From Chthoniobacterales bacterium (GTDB lineage: Bacteria > Verrucomicrobiota > Verrucomicrobiia > Chthoniobacterales > JBKEAD01): a stretch of 54,360 nucleotides of DNA. Shown here in pieces: positions 1 through 7,430 of the stretch. The position numbers and the translations under genes were made by a program. The notes below the pieces were generated by a model. It had not been told where the DNA came from and did no database searches. It saw nothing but the letters and a program-made list of their open reading frames with translations. How positions within the stretch are numbered: the first letter of the stretch is position 1; every line of letters begins with the position of its first letter. The DNA lies in contig JBKEAD010000057.1 in assembly GCA_047971915.1 (NCBI GenBank), positions 1 to 54,360 on the forward strand, written 5' to 3'.

Positions 1-176
1 TTCGCAAAGCTCAGTGGCCTTGGGATCCAAACGAAAAAGGATTCAAACGCTACAAAGAACTCTGGGACTCGACCTGGGTCGTGATGATTGCTATGGTTCT
101 ACTCGGAGGCTATATCGCTACCTTCGACTTTTTCTTAGTCACCGTAGTTGGCTTCCTGACAAAACAACCATTCTAA
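1..176 (+). CDS. secE: preprotein translocase subunit SecE, 3' fragment (5' end outside window)
   Basis: Frame 3 is open from the window edge to TAA at 174-176. It reads ...RKAQWPWDPNEKGFKRYKELWDSTWVVMIAMVLLGGYIATFDFFLVTVVGFLTKQPF*, a SecE-type C-terminal TM helix. It lies directly upstream of nusG, as in the conserved secE-nusG pair. The tracked ORF 14..286 is in another frame. Confidence 0.65.
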   Translation, partial: RKAQWPWDPNEKGFKRYKELWDSTWVVMIAMVLLGGYIATFDFFLVTVVGFLTKQPF

Positions 177-195
177 TACGAAAGACTCATTACCG

Positions 196-759
196 ATGCC
201 AACAGCACCCCGAGATCAATGGTATGTCGTGCACGTTCTCTCCGGTCAGGAGCAGAAAGTCGCAGACAATATCAAGAAACGCATAAAAAGTGACGAGCTA
301 AGCGATGAGATTTTTGAAGTCTTGATTCCCACCGAACGAGTTCAAGAAATCAAGCGTGGAAAGAAAACAGAAACCACGCGCAAATTTTTTCCCGGCTATA
401 TCTTGATCAACATGCACTTGTTGGACGAGGACAACCAACTTCGGGAACGCCCCTGGTATTTCATTCGCGAAACCAACGGCATTATCGGATTTGCCGGCAA
501 TAAAGAACGCCCCTCTCCGATGCCCAAAAAAGAGGTTGACGGCATGTTGGCCCAACTTCGCGACCGCGAAGACAACATCAAACCCAAAATTGAGTTTGAG
601 GTTGGAGACAAGGTCAAGGTTGCCGACGGTCCTTTTGAAAACCAAAACGGTATCGTGGAAGAAATCGACCCCGAACGCGGCAAGCTCCGTGTATCGGTCA
701 CGATTTTCGGACGCGAAGCCCCGGTCGATCTCGAATACTGGCAAGTCGAACGCGCATAG
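196..759 (+). CDS. nusG: transcription termination/antitermination factor NusG
   Basis: 187 aa. The NGN domain starts WYVVHVLSGQEQKV. The C-terminal KOW motif is GDKVKVADGPFENQNGIVEEID. Position after secE. Confidence 0.95.
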   Translation: MPTAPRDQWYVVHVLSGQEQKVADNIKKRIKSDELSDEIFEVLIPTERVQEIKRGKKTETTRKFFPGYILINMHLLDEDNQLRERPWYFIRETNGIIGFAGNKERPSPMPKKEVDGMLAQLRDREDNIKPKIEFEVGDKVKVADGPFENQNGIVEEIDPERGKLRVSVTIFGREAPVDLEYWQVERA

Positions 760-793
760 TTCGAAAGGTAGCCACTACACTTTTAACAAAAAA

Positions 794-823
794 ATCCTGA
801 GCAAAAAACTCAGGATTTTTTTT
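794..823. terminator. bidirectional rho-independent terminator between convergent nusG and recQ
   Basis: Stem atcctgag (794-801), loop caaaaaa, stem ctcaggat (809-816). A T-run follows at 817-823 and an A-run precedes the stem on the other side. Confidence 0.6.
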
Positions 824-837
824 GAGCCCGAAGCGGA

Positions 838-2799
838 TTATCGCCGAATCATTGTCTGAACTTGTGCTAAAATATCCAAAAACGGCCATTGTCGAAAATA
901 GCCGTAATCCGCGGATTCAAACAAACGGTCTCGACTAATTGCCGGACTTGGAATGCCGCATAAAAAACGCGTAAGCGCACGGGGGCTGCGTAGAGCCGGA
1001 TGGCTTTGCTCTATAACAGCACGGATTCTCGCGATGTCTTCCGTGTGGAGTTCGTATTTTGCCTGTAGAAGTTTTTTGAGGGGCTGAACCTTTTTTCCCT
1101 GAGCACGTAATTTCTCGCGCAGACAATCCGAGCAGCTTCCACAGCGCGAGGGCAAGCTTTCACCAAAATGCCGAAGCAATCGCATGGGGATACATCCGCG
1201 CCGTTCGACAAGATCCTGCACCTGATGGAGACGCTTTAAATCTGCCTCTTCGCGGTGCTGAAAAATATCTTGTAGCTGCTTGGCAATCTCACGCGGTGTC
1301 TTTGTCGAGGCCGCCGGCAAAAGCGTAAACGATTCGCGCAAACCATAGGCTTGCAACTCGACATCGCTGCTATTTTTAAGGTCTTGCAAGAGGCGTTTCA
1401 ATATTGTCGCGGAGCTTTGGGTAGCCTCCAAAGCTTTATCAAAATCGATCGTCAGCCACCGCCAGCCCTTTTTGCCGGAGGAGAAAAGTTTTTTCAGCAG
1501 GCGGCGTTCGCGCGGATTTCTGCCAGCCAGCACCGCTTCTTCCGAATGTTGAAAAGCAAGACGATAGCGGCTGTAAGCTTTGCCACTTGGCTTTAGGAGT
1601 TTTGCTTTTTCAAGATAGGTCAAAAGTGTATCCAAAACCGCTGGGCGTATGTCGAAGGCGCGGGTTAATTCATAACGACTGATGTCAATCTTGACCCCTT
1701 GACGAAAAAAATGATCCACCAACTGCACCAGCAAAGATTCCGAAGGCGTATTGCCAAAAATAAAATTTTGCAGAGGAATCATATCCTCTCCGCAAGCAAA
1801 TATCTCGCAGTGCGAGACCCCGGCATCTCTCCCGGCTCTACCAATCTCTTGCTGATAGTTCTCCAGAGTTTTCGGTAAGTTGTAGTGAAAAACGGACCGG
1901 ATATTTGCTTTATCAACTCCCATTCCGAAAGCAATTGTTGCGACGACAATGGTGATTTTTCCCTGCATGAAACGCTCTTGGATTTCATCACGAAATTCGG
2001 TCTTGAGACCCGCATGATAAGCTGCTGCCGAAAAACCCTCTTTACTCAAACGCGTCGCAAGGTTTTCAGACGTTTCTCGATGGGTTACATAAACAATCGC
2101 CGGAAGATTTTTTTGTAAAAACAGCTTCTCCGATAAAAGGGCATAACGTTTTTCAGAGTCGGTCGGGGTGATATGCAGGTGAAGATTCGGTCGGTAAAAC
2201 GATGTTTGCACACGGTCGTCTTTGCGGATGCGAAAGGCCTTTGCAATATCTCTGGCAACGCCGGGCGTTGCTGTCGCCGTGAGTGCCAAAACACGCGGAA
2301 ACTTCAAACTCCGCGAAAGTCCGGCAAGGCGCAAATAGTCCGGTCGGAAATTATGTCCCCATTCGCTAATACAATGCGATTCATCGATTGCCAAAAGAGC
2401 AAGTTTTATCGAGCGAAGTTGCCGGATGAAGTCCTGTGACGCAAAACGTTCCGGAGCGATATAAAGAAGTTTTAAAGAGCCGTCCGCCATTATTTTTTTT
2501 ATCTCGGCAAGAGCTGCGTCATCCATAGTCGAATCCCAACGCGCAGCGGTAATACCGATTTTTTGCAACCTATCAACTTGGTCTTTCATCAGTGCAAGCA
2601 AGGGTGAAACCACTAGGGTCAACCCATCCAATAGGATCGCGGGAAGTTGATAGCAAAGCGATTTGCCGGCACCGGTCGGAAAAATAGCAAGTGCCGAGCG
2701 TCCCTCAAGAAGCGTACGAATGACCTCTTCCTGCCCGGAGCGAAATTCCGAAAAACCAAAATGCCGAGAAAGTGCTTCTGGTAAATCCGGCATGGTCAT
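838..2799 (-). CDS. recQ: RecQ-family ATP-dependent DNA helicase with a large insertion before the Zn-binding motif
   Basis: 653 aa. Motifs seen: FGFSEFRSGQ, Walker A PTGAGKS, DEAH-box AIDESHCISEWGHNFRPDY, motif VI QEIGRAGRD, Zn motif CIPMRLLRHFGE...CGSCSDC, and a C-terminal winged-helix-like segment. Confidence 0.85.
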   Translation of the reverse strand: MTMPDLPEALSRHFGFSEFRSGQEEVIRTLLEGRSALAIFPTGAGKSLCYQLPAILLDGLTLVVSPLLALMKDQVDRLQKIGITAARWDSTMDDAALAEIKKIMADGSLKLLYIAPERFASQDFIRQLRSIKLALLAIDESHCISEWGHNFRPDYLRLAGLSRSLKFPRVLALTATATPGVARDIAKAFRIRKDDRVQTSFYRPNLHLHITPTDSEKRYALLSEKLFLQKNLPAIVYVTHRETSENLATRLSKEGFSAAAYHAGLKTEFRDEIQERFMQGKITIVVATIAFGMGVDKANIRSVFHYNLPKTLENYQQEIGRAGRDAGVSHCEIFACGEDMIPLQNFIFGNTPSESLLVQLVDHFFRQGVKIDISRYELTRAFDIRPAVLDTLLTYLEKAKLLKPSGKAYSRYRLAFQHSEEAVLAGRNPRERRLLKKLFSSGKKGWRWLTIDFDKALEATQSSATILKRLLQDLKNSSDVELQAYGLRESFTLLPAASTKTPREIAKQLQDIFQHREEADLKRLHQVQDLVERRGCIPMRLLRHFGESLPSRCGSCSDCLREKLRAQGKKVQPLKKLLQAKYELHTEDIARIRAVIEQSHPALRSPRALTRFLCGIPSPAISRDRLFESADYGYFRQWPFLDILAQVQTMIRR

Positions 2800-2941
2800 T
2801 TTGATAAAATGGCCATTTCGCTCAGCCTTGGCAACTCTCTATACTCTCCTAAAATGGATGTGGCGCAGACAATCCTGTCTGTGCTCCCTAAAGATCTTTT
2901 TTCACTTCCCCCCCGGCCTAATTGTAAAAAAAATACGCGAC

Positions 2942-2970
2942 TTGACACTGAGTCTCATTTCAGATATCCT
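2942..2970 (+). promoter_or_regulatory. candidate sigma70-like promoter (TTGACA-17 nt-TATCCT) for the small secreted peptide gene
   Basis: TTGACA at 2942-2947, a 17-nt spacer, TATCCT at 2965-2970, and the ATG at 2981. This implies a very short or absent leader. Based on sequence pattern only. Confidence 0.3.
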
Positions 2971-2980
2971 TTGCGGCGTT

Positions 2981-3139
2981 ATGACAAAACTAACTCTTAC
3001 TCTATTGGCACTCGTAACTTTCACTTTAGGATCAGCTTTAGCTGGTGATTGCAGTGGATGCGACAGTGGTAAAGGCAAAAAAGATAAAAAAGGCGACAGC
3101 ACTTCCGAAGGAATGACGGCTGAAGTCGTAAACATCTAA
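2981..3139 (+). CDS. small secreted Cys-containing lysine-rich protein (52 aa), hypothetical
   Basis: Internal ATG of tracked ORF 2663..3139. It reads MTKLTLTLLALVTFTLGSALAGDCSGCDSGKGKKDKKGDSTSEGMTAEVVNI, a signal-peptide-like N-terminus followed by a CxxC. It is bracketed by a consensus-like promoter and a strong terminator. Confidence 0.45.
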   Translation: MTKLTLTLLALVTFTLGSALAGDCSGCDSGKGKKDKKGDSTSEGMTAEVVNI

Positions 3140-3200
3140 TTATTTATTTTAGGCCTAGGAATGAGCCTTTGTGGGCTCGCCTTCGCTTAATTAAGATTTA

Positions 3201-3235
3201 GCAGTGTAAAGGTTCGCCTTTACACTGCTTTTTTT
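3201..3235 (+). terminator. rho-independent terminator
   Basis: Perfect 12-bp stem gcagtgtaaagg / cctttacactgc with loop ttcg, followed by a 7-T run (3229-3235). Confidence 0.75.
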
Positions 3236-3269
3236 ATTTGGCTATCTCGGTGAGGATATTCTTTGTCTT

Positions 3270-4142
3270 GTGAATTGGACCCTAGCTCGTCGGCTTCAAG
3301 TGGCTGTTACGCAACGATTTTTTCGGGCGGTTCACTTATTTTTTGAAATCGAGGCAAGTGAACGAGCTGCGGCCTTCGCATATTATACACTTTTTTCTCT
3401 CTTTCCGCTGATAGCTTTATTGCTGACGCTAGGCTCTGTTTTTTTTCCTACGGAAGAAGTCATGCATTTTATCGAAGAGTCCGCGCCATTAGGAAAGATT
3501 CAGCAAGGGTTCGTCTGGCAAACCGTAGATACTTTAGAAAAAGCACGGGGAAGCGTCGGCATTATCTCTTTTTTAATATTACTATGGACATCCATGCGCT
3601 TTTTCAAAGTTCTCGTAGCAGGAGTGAATCGCGCTTGGCATACCGTTGCCAATCCGTGGTGGAAGGTGCCAATCAAAAACTTGGTCATGCTGGGAACGCT
3701 TTTATTCGCAGTCTCCCTCGGCGTCCTTTTACCCATTATGCTAGAGGGTATTTTTAGTGCTCTTGTTGTTTTTGAAGATTTTTTACAGAAACAATTTCCT
3801 GATCTAGATATTGCCTCTTACTTCAACTTGATAGATTGGTCGCGCTGGGGCGTGGGAACTGGCGTTTTATTTTTTTGCTTTGCGGTGCTCTATAAGATGG
3901 CACCGGCTTATTATGTTTCCCTAAGAAGTGTCCTGCTACCCGCCCTTTTTACAGCAGTTTCCTTCCAAATCCTTCAGGAAATTTTTGTCAATGTCTTACC
4001 ACACATCGTAAATTACAACCGCGTTTACGGCGCGGTGGGTGGCCTAATGTTTCTCTTGATGTGGATTTACTCCTCAGGCTTATTAATATTTTTTGGTGCC
4101 TGTCTTTGTGCCGCAGGAAAAAAAGAATCCGCTCCGAGTTAG
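3270..4142 (+). CDS. YihY/BrkB (virulence factor BrkB / RNase BN-like) family inner membrane protein
   Basis: 290 aa with a GTG start and multiple TM segments. The family-typical N-terminal motif ERAAAFAYYTLFSLFPLIALLLTLGS is present. Confidence 0.8.
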   Translation: MNWTLARRLQVAVTQRFFRAVHLFFEIEASERAAAFAYYTLFSLFPLIALLLTLGSVFFPTEEVMHFIEESAPLGKIQQGFVWQTVDTLEKARGSVGIISFLILLWTSMRFFKVLVAGVNRAWHTVANPWWKVPIKNLVMLGTLLFAVSLGVLLPIMLEGIFSALVVFEDFLQKQFPDLDIASYFNLIDWSRWGVGTGVLFFCFAVLYKMAPAYYVSLRSVLLPALFTAVSFQILQEIFVNVLPHIVNYNRVYGAVGGLMFLLMWIYSSGLLIFFGACLCAAGKKESAPS

Positions 4143-4165
4143 GGCCTATTAAGGTAACGGAAAAA

Positions 4166-4198
4166 GAGGATAAAAAATCGGACAATCCTCCTTTTTTT
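4166..4198. terminator. weak bidirectional terminator-like hairpin between convergent genes
   Basis: gaggat (4166-4171) pairs with atcctc (4185-4190). The stem is flanked by an A-run upstream and a T-run at 4192-4198. It is short with a 13-nt loop, so support is weak. Confidence 0.35.
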
Positions 4199-4210
4199 AT
4201 TTTTCATCAC

Positions 4211-5029
4211 TCAAGCCGCACGAGGCCGCTTGGAGCGAAAAAAGGCAAGCGGAGTGCTTGAAAAATAAAACTCTTCAGGAATGTCTGCGATGCTGGGTAT
4301 TACCAAGTCTGGCGAGTAAGCATAATTCGATAAATCTTCAGGCGAGGTCCCTCCCGACAACACCAAAATCGTTCGATAGCTTAGACCGACACCTCCAAGA
4401 ATGTCGGTCTCCATCGTATCGCCGACCATAATTGTCTCCTCGCTCCGCAAACCCAACTGTATCCGCGCCGCACGCATCATCACCGGACTCGGCTTGCCGA
4501 CCGAAAAAGCTTTTTTACCCGTGGCATTTTCGATCATCGCAGCAATCGCCCCACAACCCGGACGAATCCCCGCATCCGTCGGACAATTCGGATCGAGATT
4601 CGTGGCAATGAGACGCGCCCCGGCGGCCACCAACCGAACAGCTTTTTCGATCGTCTCAAAAGTCATCGTCCGCCCCTCACCCACAATGACATAGTCTGGC
4701 TTGTCCTCAACCACTGAATATCCGTTGAGATGCAAAGCATTTAATAAGCCTCCCTCGCCAATGACAAAAGCCGAACCTCCCGGCTTTTGTGAAGCGACAA
4801 AACGAGCCGTCGCCATACTACAGGTAAAAATATCCTCTTCCACGGCATCGACCCCCATCCGACAAAGCTTCATCGCTACATCCCGCCGCGTCCGCTGACT
4901 ATTATTCGTTAAAAAAAGAAACGGCGTATTGGTTTGGCGTAATCGTTGGATAAAAGCCTGCGCCCCAGGAATCAGTTGACTCCCACGATAAATCACCCCG
5001 TCCATATCTAGTAAAAATCCGTATTTCAC
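4211..5029 (-). CDS. HAD-IIA family sugar-phosphate phosphatase (NagD-like)
   Basis: 272 aa with HAD motifs LLDMDGVIYRG, FLTNNS, GKP and VGDTMETDILGG. Confidence 0.85.
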   Translation of the reverse strand: MKYGFLLDMDGVIYRGSQLIPGAQAFIQRLRQTNTPFLFLTNNSQRTRRDVAMKLCRMGVDAVEEDIFTCSMATARFVASQKPGGSAFVIGEGGLLNALHLNGYSVVEDKPDYVIVGEGRTMTFETIEKAVRLVAAGARLIATNLDPNCPTDAGIRPGCGAIAAMIENATGKKAFSVGKPSPVMMRAARIQLGLRSEETIMVGDTMETDILGGVGLSYRTILVLSGGTSPEDLSNYAYSPDLVIPSIADIPEEFYFSSTPLAFFRSKRPRAA

Positions 5030-5261
5030 AAGTCAGGTAGAAGCAAAACCTGTGCCAAAATAGCGAATATCTAAAAAAAACAACCCGCATTTCGCTAATC
5101 CTACCCACAATCCAAAAAAGGATAAAATTGCACGTGCGCGATTTGCGAAGCTTGGTTACGATAGCAGAGTCAACGACCGATTTTTTCAAAAAAATCCGTC
5201 CGCGCAAGATGCCAAAAAAACACTAAAAAACCACTAAAAAACCAAAACCAATAAACTATCC

Positions 5262-6245
5262 ATGAAAGCACCCATCACAGTCGCCGTCACAGGAGCCGCC
5301 GGACAAATCGGCTACGCCCTACTCCCACGCATCGCCTCCGGAGCCGTCTTCGGACCCGACCAACCCGTAAACCTAAACCTCATCGAAATCCCGCAAGGCA
5401 TGCAAGCCCTCGAAGGCGTCGTTATGGAACTCCAGGACTGCGCCTTCCCGCTCCTGAAAAAAATCACCCCAACCGACGACCTAAATGTCGGCTTCAGCGG
5501 AGCAAACTGGGCACTCCTCGTCGGCAGCGTCCCGCGCAAAGCCGGAATGGAACGCAAAGACCTACTCGACATCAACGGCAAAATTTTCATCTCCCAAGGC
5601 CAAGCCATCGCAAAAAATGCCGCCTCCGACATCCGCACCCTCGTCGTCGGCAACCCCTGCAACACAAACTGCCTCATCGCGATGAATAACGCCCGCGACA
5701 TCCCCGCCGACCGCTGGTTTGCCATGACCCGCCTCGACGAAAACCGCGCCAAAACCCAACTCGCTCTCAAAGCCGGAACGCACTGGAGCGAAGTCAGCAA
5801 CCTCGCCATCTGGGGAAACCACTCCAGCACGCTCTACCCCGACTTTGCCAATGCAAAAATCGGCGGCAACCCCGTCGGCGAAGTCATCACCGACAACGCC
5901 TGGCTCGAAGGCGACTTCATCACCACCGTCCAGCAACGCGGTGCCGCCATCATCAAAGCCCGCGGCCTCTCCTCGGCAAAATCCGCCGCCCACGCCGCCA
6001 TCGAAACCGTCCAGTCCATCATCACGCCAACCCGCGAAGGCGACTGGCACAGCGTCGCCCTCTGCTCCGACGGCAGCTACGGAGTCGAAAAAGGCCTCAT
6101 CGCCTCCTTCCCCGTCCGCTCCGATGGTAGCAAACTCGAAATCGTCCAAGGCGTCGCGCTCAGCCCATTCAGCCAAGAAAAAATCAACACAAGCATCACC
6201 GAACTCCGCGAAGAACGCGACGCCGTAAAAGGCCTGCTCGGTTGA
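5262..6245 (+). CDS. mdh: malate dehydrogenase (327-aa LDH-like type)
   Basis: Motifs [30 protein letters not shown] and [12 protein letters not shown]. The length is typical of this MDH class. Confidence 0.95.
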   Translation: MKAPITVAVTGAAGQIGYALLPRIASGAVFGPDQPVNLNLIEIPQGMQALEGVVMELQDCAFPLLKKITPTDDLNVGFSGANWALLVGSVPRKAGMERKDLLDINGKIFISQGQAIAKNAASDIRTLVVGNPCNTNCLIAMNNARDIPADRWFAMTRLDENRAKTQLALKAGTHWSEVSNLAIWGNHSSTLYPDFANAKIGGNPVGEVITDNAWLEGDFITTVQQRGAAIIKARGLSSAKSAAHAAIETVQSIITPTREGDWHSVALCSDGSYGVEKGLIASFPVRSDGSKLEIVQGVALSPFSQEKINTSITELREERDAVKGLLG

Positions 6246-6296
6246 TTTTTTTCCTAAAAAAAAGAATCCTGTAAAACAAAAGCAAGTCCACATCCG

Positions 6297-6755
6297 GTGC
6301 TCCACGTCGTATTGGTCGAACCCGAAATCCCGCCCAATACCGGCAACATAGCCCGGATGTGCCTCGCCGCAGGAGCACGTCTCCACCTCATCGAACCCCT
6401 CGGGTTCCAAATCGACGACCGCCAGCTCCGCCGCGCCGGCATGGACTACTGGCACCACTGCGACATTCACCACTGGCCCGATCTGCCAGCTTGGACTGCC
6501 GCCCACCGCGAAACCCGCAAGTGGTATTTCACCACAAAAACCCGCCGCGCCTACTGGAATGCCGACTTCGCCGACGGCGACGCCCTCATCTTTGGAAAAG
6601 AAACCCGCGGTCTCCCCGAAAGCCTGCTCGAAGCAAATAAAGAACAGCTTTTGACCATCCCGATGGCACCCGCAGCCCGCAGCCTAAACCTCGGCACCTC
6701 CGCAGGCATCGCCACCTACGAAGCCCTCCGCCAAATAAAAAATACCACCAATTAA
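6297..6755 (+). CDS. trmL: tRNA (cytidine/uridine-2'-O-)-methyltransferase, SpoU/TrmL type
   Basis: 152 aa with a GTG start. Motifs VVLVEPEIPPNTGNIARMC, IFGKETRGLP and SLNLGTSAGIATYEALRQ, a SPOUT knot region. Confidence 0.85.
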   Translation: MLHVVLVEPEIPPNTGNIARMCLAAGARLHLIEPLGFQIDDRQLRRAGMDYWHHCDIHHWPDLPAWTAAHRETRKWYFTTKTRRAYWNADFADGDALIFGKETRGLPESLLEANKEQLLTIPMAPAARSLNLGTSAGIATYEALRQIKNTTN

Positions 6756-6782
6756 AGTAGGGGCGTTTTTGTTTTGATAAGG

Positions 6783-6842
6783 AGTCATTCCGCGGAATGA
6801 CTGGAAACAATTGCGGGATTCCAGCACGACATCACACGTGGC
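6783..6842 (+). repeat. intergenic element copy A: 20-nt perfect palindrome plus conserved GAATGACTGGAAAC-N22-ATCACACGTGGC
   Basis: agtcattccgcggaatgact (6783-6802) is a perfect palindrome. The core 6795-6842 matches the reverse complement of 48662-48710 at about 38 of 49 positions (hand alignment). Confidence 0.6.
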
Positions 6843-6950
6843 AGTCGTTACTAGTCATCTCTCTTATTAAATCATAGTGGATCTTTCATGCGATCTTGCC
6901 AAGTGCCTGCTTGCGTAGCATGTTGATCCTCTCATTTTTTTTAAAACATT

Positions 6951-7430
6951 ATGGATGCACTAATTCGCTTATTACAACAGGACTCGACCGTTTCGCACGC
7001 AGACCTTGCTCGTATGCTTGATATGAGTGAGGCCGCGGTGGATAAGGAAATTGCGCGTTTGGAGGCGAGCGGCCTTATTATAGGCTATCAGGCGATTGTG
7101 AATCGTGAGAAGTGGGAGCCGGATACCGTTACGGCCATGATAGAGGTGCGGTTGACACCGGAGCGTGCGGGTGGTTTTGATCGGCTTGCGGCTCGCATTG
7201 CAAAGTTTGAGGAAGTTCGTAGCTGCTATCTTGTAAGTGGGGGTTATGACCTATTGCTGGTCGTGGAGGGGCAGACACTGCGTGAGGTGGCGACTTTTGT
7301 CGCTGAAAAGTTGAGTCCGATGGGTGCCGTGCAGGCCAGTGCCACGCACTTTCGTCTGAAAACGTATAAGGAAAATGGAACCTATCACGCTCTTGAAGAA
7401 ACTCCCGAACGTCTTTCTGTAACGCCATGA
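6951..7430 (+). CDS. Lrp/AsnC family transcriptional regulator
   Basis: 159 aa. It has an N-terminal wHTH (LLQQDSTVSHADLARMLDMSEAAVDKEIARLEASGLI) and a C-terminal RAM/AsnC_trans_reg-like fold. Its stop overlaps the start of the next gene (ATGA). Confidence 0.9.
   Translation: MDALIRLLQQDSTVSHADLARMLDMSEAAVDKEIARLEASGLIIGYQAIVNREKWEPDTVTAMIEVRLTPERAGGFDRLAARIAKFEEVRSCYLVSGGYDLLLVVEGQTLREVATFVAEKLSPMGAVQASATHFRLKTYKENGTYHALEETPERLSVTP

Noticed and set aside
14-286. A 90-aa ORF spanning the secE-nusG junction.
   Set aside because: It is out of frame with both the SecE C-terminal helix (frame 3, stop at 174-176) and nusG, and overlaps both.
5562-6506. A 314-aa minus-strand ORF, plus 5845..6228 (+), 5312..5830 (-) and 6359..6640 (+), overlapping mdh and trmL.
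   Set aside because: The products are low-complexity (Gly/Ala/Asp/Val- or Pro/Ser/Ala-rich) with no motifs. They arise because the extreme C-ending codon bias of mdh and trmL depletes stop codons in other frames. mdh and trmL have unmistakable motifs.
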